The notes beneath the pieces are model-generated. The model was not told the origin of the DNA. It saw only the letters and a program-made list of their open reading frames with translations, and made no database searches. From Moniliella sp. 'wahieum' (lineage: Eukaryota), in assembly GCA_003971905.1 (NCBI GenBank), contig RSEE01000007.1:1116001-1180000 (forward strand): a DNA stretch of 64,000 nt, in the 5' to 3' direction. This document shows positions 47,620 to 60,252 of this stretch, one piece after another. Each line of letters opens with the position of its first letter. Position 1 is the stretch's first letter. Both the position numbers and the translations under genes were made by a program.

Positions 47620-49665
47620 TCATTCCATCCGATCTCGACTGGCAGCTCGCGGGGTGGGAGGAACGAGCGTTGTCCTGGCCTCGGTCCGATCGGGAAAAAT
47701 CTCCGATCCCAACCCAGTTTCCGACTCGGCATCCCATCGCTCCAATTCCTCCGTCCCATGCGAACCCGAACCCGAACCCGACCCCGAATCGGAATCCGAA
47801 TCGGAATCCGATTCGAGGGGGGCCTGCACCGCTCGCACCGTCGGTCTTGGCGCCCAAGACCCGCCCAACCCGGGCGACGGAGCACGCACGCTCTTCGGTC
47901 GAACAGGCGTCGACGCAGCGGATGCAGATGCAGATGCCGACGCCGACCCCGACGCCGAAGCGGACATGGCCGGCTTCGACGGTATCGATCGGCCCCACGC
48001 TTCTGTCTCAGCAGCTGCATCAGGTGGCGCACCTAGCGCACTACTTTCCTCAGCGATCGGACTTGCCTCCCGCTCGCCCCAGGCGGGCACACTTAGAACG
48101 CTCCGGATCGACCCGTGGCTCGACCGACGAGGACGGCGTCGGTTCGCACCAGGTCGCGGCCCACGCGGCGCAGAGTTGACTGTTGCCCCGTACGTGCTCG
48201 TGCTGCGCGCCGCTTGCACTTCAGCACTCAAAGTCAAATCCAGCCGCTGGTCCAAAGGCCAGTAGTGCATTTGCAGTACCGGCCCCAACGAGAGCAAGAG
48301 TAGCGCCAAGAGCAGCGTGGGGACAGGATGCGGAGACCACCGCTGGGATCGGTGGGATCAGTGGGATTGGTAGGATCAGCGGGTTTGGGAAGGTACAGCC
48401 ACCCTACCACCCCGGCTCCCAGCCATGCTTGGCCCGCCGTCCAGCCAGCTCGTCCGACAACCGTGGCATAGACAAACGTCCGCCGTGGCGTACCCACACT
48501 GGCACAGGCTAACGTCACTAGACTCCCACATGGCCAGAACGCAATTCGCGACCAGAGAAGGTACGCTGCCAAGCGGTCCGTAGCTTGGGCATGCGAAAGC
48601 ACCTGACGCCAGTACCCGACATGGCTTTCTACCACTTCCATCCCAGCTAATGACATGCGCAGCAGTACGTCCAGCTCGTACGCTACCACACAGCTCGGGA
48701 TCGTCGCCTGCCGCCAAAAATGAAAAATGAACATGGGGGTGAGAGGGGAGTGGTGAGTGGTGAGTAGGCTTCCGGAACAGATAGCGTCAATACGTACCAT
48801 CAGTACCCATATCGTTGCCAACACAGGACTCCAGAAGGCTCCGGCACACATGGTGAGCAGACAGGTGCCCGGTAACGAGAATGCTTGCACACTGCCACGG
48901 AACTGGGTCAGCTAACTGTAGGGTCCGCACCAGCGCAGAGAGTAAGGGGCCAAGGGCAGAGAGCAAAGGGCCAAGAGCCGAAAGCAAAGTGCGAAAGGGA
49001 AGGCACAACGTACCAGAAAAAACAGGATGGTCCAGGCGAGGTGCAGCCGAACAGGATGCGCATGGACGTAGCGTCGGACCGCAGCGAGCAGCTGGGAAAG
49101 GTCGGTGTGGCTGCTGGGCCAGTGCCACAAGGGCCGGTCGGTACTAGGAGGGGAGAGGGGAGAGGGAAGAGGGCAGAGGTCAGGTTGCCGGCTACCTCGT
49201 CACGAAGAAGGAAAGCGAAAGCAAGAGCGAGAGGAGAGGGGAACGTACGGATCGACGTGGGCAAGATGCGCGCGACAGTGGTAAAGACAATGGCAAGAAC
49301 AAGGACGAGGATGAGGGCGGCACGCACGAGGGTGAGCAGCGTGCGTTGCTTAGCTACGGGGGGAGGCATTGTAGGCGGAAGAGGGAGCTCATCGGGTCAG
49401 ACGCATCGGCCTCAATGTCCAGGTTGACGTGCAGCGGCAAGTGCGAACTAGAACGAAGCGCGTACAGCGTGCCCCAGTCGTTCCGCCCTAGGTACTCGTC
49501 CTCGCCCCCATCGGCCGGCTCGACGGGGGCGACAATATCAATGTGCGCACTGGCGTCGGCGTCGTCCGTGTCGGGCAGGAAGAGGATGGGGCGGCCTGCG
49601 TCGGCGGGCGGGGAGGCTGGCCGTGCGTGGGAGGCGACGGGCTCCGGCGTGGACACGGCGGCCAT
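47620..49665 (-). CDS. VTT/SNARE-associated (TMEM41/Tvp38/DedA-like) membrane protein with acidic disordered tail; introns and frameshifts
   Basis: TM segment LVRAALILVLVLAIVFTTV; QAFSLPGTCLLTMCAGAFW re-entrant motif; YLLWSRIAFWP...LVTLACASVGTPRRTFVYATVVG, similar to the VTT motif R..P...N......FF..T.IG. GTACGT donors at ~49248 and ~48797. Confidence 0.7.
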
Positions 49666-50011
49666 CGCGAGCTGTTCGACCGACCGGCTGGAGGGGGTCG
49701 GGGGGGGGGGTTACCGGAGTCGTGTTGTGTTGGTGTTGTGTTGATTGTGGTTGGCGGGCAGGCCGGCACGGGGCGGGAGCGCATTAGCTAAGCTAAGCCG
49801 CGCCGTCATCCATGCCTGTCACCCATCCCTCCCCCCGCCACGTCGCTCGAGATCGGCCGGACGCATCTCACCCATCGCACCGCTCACCCTTGGACCCTCT
49901 CGCCACGCGCCGACTGGCTACGGAAGAGAGCAAGCAGCTCGTCCAGCGCCTATGTCGCGTCTCCCACCACACTACACTTACTTCGTGCTTGCCATCGATT
50001 GCAGCTGGCCT

Positions 50012-50898
50012 CTACGCACTGCCCGCGCCAGTCATCGTGGCCTGCGCAGACGACGTAGCAGCGAGCCGGTTCCGCCTCCGCTCCGCCTCGGCCTCCTTCT
50101 CCACCTCAATCTCCTTCACCACCTTTTCGATCCGGCAGCTGCAGTGTCCGCATCTGCCCATGCCCCTCAAACACAGCCAGCTCAATGTCTGCCCCAACAC
50201 GCGTCGTCAGTATCCTCACCGCAGGGAGTAGTAGCAACGCAACCCAGGCCGCCAAACAAGCAAACAAGCAAGCAAGCACGTACTCTTCGCCCCCGTCTGC
50301 ACCACCTCGAGCAAGCTCTTGACCGCGAGCTTGATTGTGTCTTCCTTGTTCATCTCATCCTTGTAGTTCTTCTCGAGAAACTCGCGCACCGTCTTGGACG
50401 ACCGGCCGATGGCACACGCCTTCCACGAGTAAAAGATGCCCGACGGCTCGGTCTGGTACAGCCGCGGCGTAGGGTCGTTGGGGTCAAAGCCCATGATGAG
50501 GCACGAGATGCCGTACGGCCGCACACCGCCTGACTGGGTGTACTTTTGCGCCATGCCACCAATGTAGCGCGTGATGTACTCGACCGTCACGGGGTCCTCG
50601 ACGGTCAGACGGTGCGACTGGCACTCGACCCGAGCACGGTCAATCAAAATACGTGCATCGGCCTGCAGACCAGCAAAGGCAAGGCACACATGGTCGTCCA
50701 GCATCGCCGTCTTGCGCACCGTACGCGGGTCCTGCAGTTGCAGCACACTCTCTTCTCCACGCCGAGCACCACAACGTCCTTGCCCTTCACACCGAGCGCA
50801 CAGGTGCCCTTGCGCACAGCCTCGTTCGCATAGTCCACCTGGAACAGATGGCCGTCGGGAGAGAAGACAGTGAGCGCACGGTCGTAGCTGCGGGACAT
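50012..50898 (-). CDS. PRE6: 20S proteasome alpha-4 subunit; intron 50189-50283
   Basis: [110 protein letters not shown]. Confidence 0.97.
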
Positions 50899-51292
50899 GG
50901 TAGTGGCGGTGGTGGTGGTGGGGGGGCAAGGCAGCGAGCGCCTGGGCCTGGTTGCTGGTGCGACACGACGCTTGCTTGGCCCGACCAGGCGGCGCTGACG
51001 TTGCCTCGGCCCGTTCCGCCCCGGGCGTTCCGCTGTGGGCGACCGCTGATTGATGAGAATGGGTGAGGGGGCGCAACGCAGAGTACGTAAGGGTGTGCCA
51101 GTAGGGTTGGGGTGAGCTGTTTTAAAGTTTAACATTGAAGCCGATGCTTATCAATATCAACCAACTGCGGGGCATTCCGTTCCATCCCAGCATCCGCCGC
51201 CACATCGCATCGCATCCCTCGGCCCTCAGGATCCACTGCACGCCTCCATCGACCCCCTCCCTGGAGCCACCACGGCCACGCCTCTCCCGCCC

Positions 51293-52860
51293 ATGTTCGC
51301 CCGCGCCCGCCCCCCACCCCCTCCCACCCTCCACCCCTCTCGCCGCCATGGCCAGCGCGCCCCCGCCGCGCAGCGCCCAGCCCCGTTTCTCCGCCCCGTC
51401 TACGACCCGCAGCAGTGCGCCACCACCCTCGTCTGCTCCATCACCGCCCTGCCCCCGTTCGAGCGCCTGAGCTTTGAGGAGCTGCGCGCAGCCGACTATG
51501 CTCATGGACGCGCGCCACCTGTCCCGCTGATCAGTGCGGCCGATCGCCTGTGGGATCCTTCCTACCATGCCCAGGTACACGAGGAAGCCGGTGGGATCAT
51601 CATGTCGCCGGTTACCCTACCTGGGTACGAGCACCTGAGTTTGGAGGAGTTGCGCCTGCTCGATTCCCGTTATGGCTTGGTTTTCCTCCTTCCTCCTGCC
51701 CTGTACCTCCAAACGGCACAATCGCTCACCCCGAATACGCCCGGCCTCCTTGCCCGATGGATTGTACATGTCCATCACAGCCATGCTCCCCTATGCCAAG
51801 GCCAGCTTCGAAGAGCTCCGGGCGCAGGATTATGCTTGCATGAAAGCCCGAACAAGCTTGGTTGCGTCTCCAATGCCATCGCTATCGAAATTGCCTTCGG
51901 AATCGCAATCACCGCAATCGCAAGCGCAATCCCAGCCGGTAGCTTCCGTACCTACTGCGCCTACAACCGGCCCTGCTGTGCCCCACAATGTTGACGCCCT
52001 ACGAGAGATGAACCACTGGCACCTTTGCCATCGCACTCGGTACCAGCATTGTCGCGCCCACGTTCTTCCTCTGTGGCTAGCGCCAATCCTCCATGCCCCT
52101 CTCGAGAGGACAACTGCCCTTTCACTCTACCTGTTCCCCCCACCGCATCAAGCGTCCTCCACCCCTCGACATCGGGATCGACTATGCGCCTGTTTGATCC
52201 CAACAAGGAAGTGCAATCCATGCCCAAAAGCCTTACCGCAGGTCCACCCTTATCTCTGCCCCGCCCTGGAGGAGCGCCGCCCACCGACCCGGGCGCCTAC
52301 ACGTCCATCGAGCCGGCATCTGGATCGGGATCGGGATTGGTATCCTTGCCTTCGTTCCATTTCTCCGCACCACTGAGTTTCATCCGATGGGCTACCACGT
52401 CTCCCCTCCCCTTCGCCACCTGGCCACCTTGTCCCCGGCCCAGTTGGCGCAGTTGACGATCTGACGATCCAAAGGGACGGCTATGGCCTGATCCAGTTCC
52501 TCGAACCGGTCGATTTGACCCAGGTACCACTCTCGACGCTGTTGGGCGGCGTGGTGGTGGTGCGCAAGAAGACCGTGCTGCTGTACCCAGACGCAAAGGA
52601 AGTGGACGAATCGGCAGAGGGCGTAGTGGATGGCTGGTCGGCGTTCCACGTCCACCAGTAGGAACGGGCCTATTGTGCACCGCTTGGTACGCTTGGAACA
52701 GTGCTGGCCTACCACACCGCACACTAACTTGCCCATTCGCGATGCCGCCCATTCTGCCTCCCGTCGGTACGTGGCGAGCCTGCGCGCCCGCCCGAAGCAA
52801 CGCTTTGTCGCGTACGACGCAGCCAAGGGCCGCTGGACTTTCCTCACGCACTGGGATTGA
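51293..52860 (+). CDS. Nup98/Nup116-like paralog: three GLEBS motifs plus C-terminal Nucleoporin2 (autopeptidase-like) domain, no FG repeats; frameshifted
   Basis: GLEBS-like CSITALPPFERLSFEELRAADY, MSPVTLPGYEHLSLEELRLLD and MSITAMLPYAKASFEELRAQDY. C-terminal GYHVSPPLRHLATLSPAQL..VDDLTIQRDGYGLIQFLEPVDLT...VLLYPD...LEQCWP...RFVAYDAAKGRWTFLTHWD-stop. Confidence 0.85.
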
Positions 52861-53317
52861 GCGATGGGAATGAGCTAATGAGCACAGCGTGGGGGGTGGG
52901 GGTGCGGGTGGTGGGAATTCTTTTCTTCTTCTTTTGAGCCCGATTGGGTTGGGATGTGCATGTGGATCGGAGCAAACATCTGGGAAACTGTCGCAACCAA
53001 CAGATATATAGTCCGCGTAGATCTTACCGCCCTTGGATGACGATGATGATTCGATGATCGATAAGTGCGGCTGCGTTGAAACGTTGAACATTGAATGGCG
53101 AGGGGCGTCCAAGCGTCACCCATCTTTCACGCATCATCCGTTTCCCTGTTGCCTCTGTCGCCGTTCCGCCAGGGGGCGGAATGGGTGTGCAGCGCACTGA
53201 TGCTGCGCCATCGCAAGCCGTGTTGTCGTAGATGCTCCCCTCGCCTCACCGGGCACCACCACCAACGATTGCCACCCCCATTACCACCCCCATTGCCGCC
53301 ATTGCCTGTTGCGCACG

Positions 53318-56300
53318 ATGGACGAACGTGACGAGCGTGGGGCATCCGACATGCTCGGGGGCCTTGGCCTGGGCCAGGTGCTGCGTGAGCTCGGCGTCGC
53401 CGACGAGGGGTCGTCCGAGGCAATGCACAAGCTCGGGCTGGCCCAGCACTCGGCTCTGCAGGCATCAACCATCTACAATGACACTTTGAGGACGACGATG
53501 GCGGTCTTCCCGAGCCCGAGATGACCGAGGAGGAAAAACCGCTCGCGCCCAACAGCAGGCCGAAGCTGAAAAGTATTATCGTCTTGTGCCGCCTCGCTCC
53601 TGCCACAACACAGTCGGAGGAACAAATCCTCCGCAGAAAAAGGAGAAAGCCCAGCTCGTTCTTAACCAACTCAAACAATTGTTGCCTGCGTACAAACGCG
53701 ATGCCGTACTCGACTTTACCGAACTATTTACTGCACCCCGCCCAGCCAAGAAGCGCAGGTTGGTCCCACCCAAGGGGTTTGGTGCGTATCCCCATCTTTT
53801 GCCCTTGCCCTCGCCCCCCCTCCCCACCCCCCGCCACTCCCTCGGCGCTAACACTAACACTCTCTTCCAGGTCTGGCTCCTCCTCCGGCCGTACCCTTGG
53901 AGCAACGACAGGAGGTGTCGCGCTATCACCCAGATGTGACAGTGCGGCAGTTTCAGACTTGGTGGACAAATTCAAAACGACCTCGGGCCGGCCCGCGGCC
54001 GGGGTGGAGCAATTGCAGGAAGAACTGTTGGACCCTTCCTTGTCGACGGAAGGATGGAAAAGCCAAGCTTGGACTGTGGCTGAGGGCGACTTCTTCCGTA
54101 AGGCCGCACACTCACTGACGACTTTGATTGGGACGACGCGATTCGGTGGCACGCTCAACTCAAACCCAAAGGACCCACGCAGTTTTACTTTGACCTGAAC
54201 GATGACCAGATGGTGTTTGAGGAGGTGACGCCGGATGCGTCCAGTGCCCAGGTACAGCACCTTTCTGCCCGCCACGCTCGGCAGCCAACTTGAACCCACT
54301 CAACTTGTCCAACGACCGGTTCTATGAGATCCCAAAGAGCATCGGCAGAAGGTGCGACAGACTTTGGGTCAATTGGTTGTCCAGCACGCTCGTCCTGCTG
54401 CCCATCTTCAACTGCCGTTCTACAAGACGCGCTTGATCAAGGAAGAGCTCAATTCGTTCCATCGTCCTCCCATCCAATTCCCAACCAACATTGTCATCCC
54501 GTTCAACAAGGTCCAGTCCAGTCGCAAGGACCGACACAAGAAAGCTAAGGGAAAAGACGCGTTTGACGTGTTCCACTCGACCAGCGATTTGAGTCTGAAG
54601 GATACAAGCTCGTTTGTTTGTACGAGTACTCAGAGGAACACCCGCCCGTACTGTCCAACTATGGTATGGGCCACATTCTCGTCAACTACTTCCGTAAGAA
54701 GAGTGCCAAGGAAGAAACCATCCCGCGTGCCGACTTGGGGAGACATTTGTGTTGGAACCACAGGACGAATCGCCGTTTATGGGGTTTGGTCAGGTGGAGC
54801 CAGGACAGATGCAGCCAACACTGTACATAATATGATCCGAGCCCCGCTCTTCCCCCACAAACCCCAACCCACTGATTTCTCTTGATACGCAACACCAACA
54901 AGGACCAAGTCACCTACCATCTCCGCAACATTCAACACGCCTTTGTTGTCGGCCAACAGTTCCCCATTGTCCAGATCCCCGGACCACATGCACGCTTGGC
55001 CACCAACCTGATCAAAACTCGCCTCCACATGATTGCCCACAAACTCATCCAGCGCAGCAAGGGTCATCGGATCAAGATGCATCGCGTGATGCGCTACTTT
55101 CCCGATTACAACGAGTTGCAGATGCGCCCAACGACTCAAAGAGTTTATGGAGTACAACCGCAAGCTGGCGATCCCGACCAGGGCTTTTGGAAATTGATGC
55201 CCGGAGTGGTGGTGCCAGAGGAAGGTGCATTGTACAAGCAGCTCCCACCGGAACATATGGTCCTGTGCGAGAGCATGCAAGCTGGCCAACAGCGTTTGGT
55301 CGATCTGGGTCTGCTGAAATTGGGCGACGATGCGAATGAAGATGAAGATTCGGGCGAAGGGAACGAAGTGGAGCAGTCAGTGGCACCTTGGTTGTCGAGC
55401 AAGAACTTTTTGAATGGTGCGTCGGGCAAGGCGATGCTGGCCCTCCATGGAGAAGGTGATCCGTCCGGGCGTGGCGAGGCGTTCAGTTTCATTCGTGTCG
55501 ATGAAGGAGATTTTCATTGCGGCAGGCGAGGATCCATTGGAAAAGCGCGCGGCAATGGAGGCTGAAGCAATGAGCAAGTCGGGACACCGGTACAATGTCG
55601 CAGAACACAACAAATCTATCGCTCGGAAATCAATCGTATCTGGGCGGCGCAACGGCGTGCGCTCAGCGCACACAAACCCCCAAATCACACGTCGCGACTT
55701 GGTCCCCCTCCACCGTGCCGTGCGCGCATACGAACAGGAAATCCTGGCCAACCAAGAAGCAAGGGAGGACGAGGCGTTCTCGGCTCCACCTACGAACCAC
55801 GATCGGTACGAGGGTAAGATCCTTCGTATTCGTCGCTTGGTCGATGGCGAGTGGCGCACCGAGTATGTACGCGACAGGTCAACAATGGAGGATTACCTCC
55901 GCCAACGACAGACCATGTTGGATGCCCAGATGGAGACGGAACAGCTGGCTCCGACGGGCGATGCAGTGTTGGATGCTGCACGGCAAAAACGCATTGCACA
56001 AGCTATTGCTCATCTTAAGAAATGCCAGGACCGGCGGATGCAACGGAAACAAGCCCAGGCTGCCTCGGTGGGCAAAACGTTGGAAATCAACTTACATAAA
56101 GCAGCGACCAAACGCACGTGTGGCCGGTGCGGTCAAGTAGGCCATATGGCCACCAACACTTCCTGTCCCTTGTTCAATAAAGTCCCACCGGCCCGCCTCT
56201 GCCGCCGCAGCTGCCGCTGCAGCTGCAGCAGACGCTAATATGTCCTTGACCAACATGCCCGTCGGACTGGGATCAGCTAACCCCTTTGCCCTGTCCTCCT

Positions 56301-56461
56301 CGACGGTTAATATTCGTGGTCCGGCAGGTTCGCCTCCAGGCTCAGCTCGTAGCCCTATCGCCCCTCTCTCGGCGGCCTCATCCCCTCCCCCTCCCCTCCC
56401 CGCTGGACCAAAGCTCAAGTTTAAGATGAAGAAGCGCCCGAGCACCCCGGCTGCAGGGTGA
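53318..56461 (+). CDS. TAF1: TFIID subunit 1 (DUF3591 domain plus zinc knuckle, no bromodomain); many frameshifts
   Basis: AYKRDAVLDFTELF; FNLSNDRFY; RQTLGQLVVQHARPAAHLQLPFYKTRL..FHRP; DLSLKD; EYSEEHPPVLSNYGMG; NMIRAPLFPH; VVGQQFP..PGPHAR; ESMQAGQQRLVDLG; APWLSSKNF; LHGEGDPSGRGEAFSFIR; CGRCGQVGHMATNTSCP. Confidence 0.95.
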
Positions 56462-56463
56462 CA

Positions 56464-56511
56464 CGGACGTGGACGTTGGACGTTGGATGTGGACGTTGGA
56501 CGTTGGACGTT
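56464..56511. repeat. (GGACGTT)n degenerate 7-mer repeat directly after the TAF1 stop
   Basis: Visible ggacgtggacgttggacgttggatgtggacgttggacgttggacgtt. Confidence 0.8.
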
Positions 56512-58524
56512 GATGGGCTGCGAACGTTTTGTTCCGTTCTGTTCCGTTTCGTTCCGTTTGGTTTCGTTCGGTAGGCCAAGGGATATGCCTGCTGAACGCG
56601 GACCCGTCGGATCGCACAGTGTATTTTTTCGGTTGTTTTTTATTTTTGTTTGTTCGGGTACTCGGGTACCAGTACGAGGTAGTGCACGCAAGTACTCCGT
56701 AGAAGAAGGTCAGGCATTCGTTTGGGGAGCAGAGTCGACATGGTTGGGAAGGAGACGAAGGGAGAAGGTATAGATAGAGCCGAGCGCAAAAGATAAGGCC
56801 GAGGCGCAAGGACAATGCAACTATACTAGTGGGTGTGGTCAGGGCAGGGCAAATGCAGATTCGCTCGGTTGACGGATGATGCACTGATGACTCTCGCGCT
56901 GAGCCCGCAGGCGTGTCGCAGGAACAGACTTACTAAGGCGGGCCCAGTTGAATTTATGATCGTGGTCGGGGTAACAACGAAGGAGGTACGATACTGGTCG
57001 AGAATGTGGTTGACTTCCTTGGCTTGGCCGTCGTTTTGGCGGCGGTTAGCGATCCGAACCACCCTGATGCTTCATTACCCCCAGGATAACTGTGCTGCCA
57101 CTGGCAACAGTGCCCCCCACGGGAGGCCCCTAGTACACCACCAATCGATTACCTTTCGCCCTGATGGCGCCACACCTGGCACGTAAGACGCCCGTGGCTC
57201 TTTGTGGTTTGTTCGCTTCTTGTTCCGGGAGCAGATCATTGGGCCATAAGGCCTAAGGTTCCATAACGCGCACCGAGGTGCTGATAGCACGCCACGGTAT
57301 CCATGTATGACCGCATTGCCCATGCTGAGCGAGAGGATGTGTTCACCAGACCGACTGCCAGAGTAAAACCATAAAGAGTTTCACACCCAATCATCCCGTC
57401 CCTTGCTTGGATGCGTCGCAAAGGGCACCACACGCCCCTCTTATATATCTCCCGTCTGGACTATAGGCCACACAAAACTTGGTCCTACCAGATTGGCCGT
57501 GTGATTAGGTGGACACATGGGACCGTTCAGTACTCACTCCGCCCCCGGCCATTGGCTATCAACGACATCCCAGCAGTTCGACGAGGTGACCGTTTGGGCT
57601 GTGGGTTCGCTGCTTTCGTATGGACGTTTCGGCCGAGGAAGCACGAAGCAAAAGAAAACACGCCGGCTGGTTGCTCCTGAAAGGATAATCGATCATTAAT
57701 CATTGGAGCACGTTCTGTACGAGACAACAGCTGCCCTTAGTACCTGCCAATGGGACGCCTATGTATTGTGTACGAAGGGGATTGCTTTGGGTGCCGAGAT
57801 GGTATATATTCCTCCAATATTCAGGCCTCAGGCTGCATGGAATGGTGCCTTCTATACCAGAGGAGACGGAGAAGCAATCGCACACGGTACACGTCGCGTG
57901 ATGCATGATGAGGGAGAGAACACAAAGGGGTCAAAAGATTCAAGGAAGATCTAGAACAGAGTCATACGCACAGCCGGGGATATGTGTGTGTGACCCGTCA
58001 TATAGACTAACTTATTACTGGTGGAAGAAGCATGTTATTAAGTTGGGTGAGTTTCAACGATCCCTAGTCACTAGTAAGTCACTCCGAACATATTCATAGT
58101 CTCATGGTCCTCATCGACCCCCGCTGCGCGCACTAGAGCCACACGAGAGCCTAACCTGAAGCGAGCCGTTCATTAGGTTCACTCCGGCGCAACTTTTTTT
58201 CAGGCCACAACCGAGATAGGGCTCTAGTTTCTTTTCGACCGCAGCTTGGGGGTCTTGTTGATCACATCTACTATAGCGCCTGACATTTGCCCTTTGCGGG
58301 CCCCCAAGCAGGGCCGAGCTGCCACCGCTCCCCTTCCCCGTCGCAAGCGCCTCATCGATCATCCCAGGCATCTACCTCTAGCACCACGCTACGGCTACCA
58401 CGACTGCTCTACACAACCAAGATGGGAACGGATTGAAAGAGAAAACCCCCAACAACAAGCTTGTTACCACTGTTGGGACAAAGTATGGAACCGAGGCAAG
58501 GACAAGGAGGCAGAGACGTAGACT

Positions 58525-59723
58525 TTACTCCGAGTCCGACTCTTCTTCGGACGAGTCATCATCGGCCTCTTCAAGCCACTGGAGGAAAGGAGCAGCCGAA
58601 CGACGAACCCTTCTTGGAGATTCCTTGTCAACGTATTTTTGCTCACATGGGTCCCCCAGTTCTTGACAAACTCGTCGTCCAGCACATCGAGCTGGTACAG
58701 CATCATCAGCAGTTTCGGCACGCCGAGAGGACAAGCGAAGGTTGTTCAACCCCGGCCAAACGCTCCAAGCCGCCCAACAGGGACTTTTGGTGCTTCTCCG
58801 ACGTGCACATCTTGGCAATCACAGGCTCGTACTCTTCCAGCTCCTTGACGGCATCGGCCGTAAACAGGTTTTCCATCAGCACCTGCAACGTCTTGTGTTT
58901 CGACGCAATCCCCAACTCTTGGGCCATCTTGTACACTTCGGGCGCAGGCGCACCACGGTGCTCGCGCAGCCATTGGCCATACTGGCCATAGGGCTGTTGG
59001 CATCATCGCCCTCGTCGTCGTCACCAAGGACGAGAGAGGTGGCCATGCCGCCAGCCAAGGCCTCGGTACGAGCCTTGACGGCTGCCTCGGACATATCGGT
59101 CGCCCAGCCCTTGGAAGCGGCAGTATCAGTAGCGACGGCAGGGTAGCGGCATCCGAAGTAATTTGCTTGGTCATCTCATCGTCCGAACCAGCGGCAGGGG
59201 CGCCATCGGCGTCCTCTTCATCTCCGCCTACATGTTGGCCAGCATCCTTGCCAGCGCCCTTGACACCCTTTTTGCGCTTGGGAGGGGGGTGGTGGTTGAT
59301 AATAAAGGTGGTGAGTTTGTGACGCATGTCAACCATAGTGACAGCGCCGCAGGCCTTGCAGTTGCGGCGGATCAAACCATCTTTGCCCTTGAGCACAAGG
59401 TCCGTCTCGGGATTCTGCACTCGCCACAGAGGACAAACTTGTCGATAAACACGTCCGAACCTCGCGCAGACGGTCGGCCTCGTGCTTGCCATTGATAATG
59501 TAGCGCTCGTTCTTCTCGTCAAACTGCGTCTGGGCACCGAGCTCATAGCCAAAGAATTTGGTCGGGTACGACTGGCGGGCGCGACAGCGCACGGCCAATG
59601 TCGACCATATTGGGGATCACCGTTTTGATGCCATTGCCACGGCCTTCGACCTTGGTCTCAAGGAGCGGCATCTTGTAGCGGTAGACTTGTCGTCACATCG
59701 CGACGCACATTGACATTCACCAT
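58525..59723 (-). CDS. TIF5: Eukaryotic translation initiation factor 5; 5'UTR intron 59734-59799; frameshifted
   Basis: MVNVNVRRD...[75 protein letters not shown]2 domain [16 protein letters not shown]...SKKYVD...[18 protein letters not shown]. Confidence 0.96.
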
Positions 59724-60252
59724 GGTGGGCAGTCTGCAAGGCCAAGGGGGGTGACGGTTCAGTCAGGCCGGCGGCGAGAAGGGGACGAGAGGTACGTACA
59801 GTTAATGCTTAACAGGGGAGTGGGGGCAGGGTTATAGGGAAAGGGAGGCTTGGACCTGCGGGGGCGTGGTGACAGCGGACGACGTGGCCGGAAGCGGGTA
59901 GACATGTAAAGCGGGCGAGGCAGCAGCTGGGTTGCAGGGAAACCACAGGGGTGGACGCGGGGTGCGGGTGTGGGCGGGGGCGGGCAGCAGCGGGAGATGG
60001 GGCTCGTGCGCTGGCGGAGTGCGGATGCGGTGGGTGCGTGCATCGGGGGGCTGGCGACCCACGATGCGGTTGGGGAGGAGGTGGTGGTGGTGGTGCGAGT
60101 GGCGGGCGGCGCGGGTGTAGGAGTCATGTCGGCGGAAGGCAGAAGGCCGAAAGAAAGAACAAGGCGGAATTGCGGCGGCGGTTCTGCTGGCGGGTTCCCT
60201 GGCGGGACAGTGGCGCTGTGCCTTGCCGCCGCTCACGCCACTCGTCATCGCC

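Noticed and set aside
56826..57950. Short ORFs between TAF1 and eIF5
   Set aside because: Some fragments look protein-like, but I could not assemble a coherent gene model or recognise any motif.
35827..59723. Calling DBP10, PRE6, TAF1 and eIF5 pseudogenes
   Set aside because: Protein motifs are intact and the genes are essential; the indel pattern fits sequencing error.
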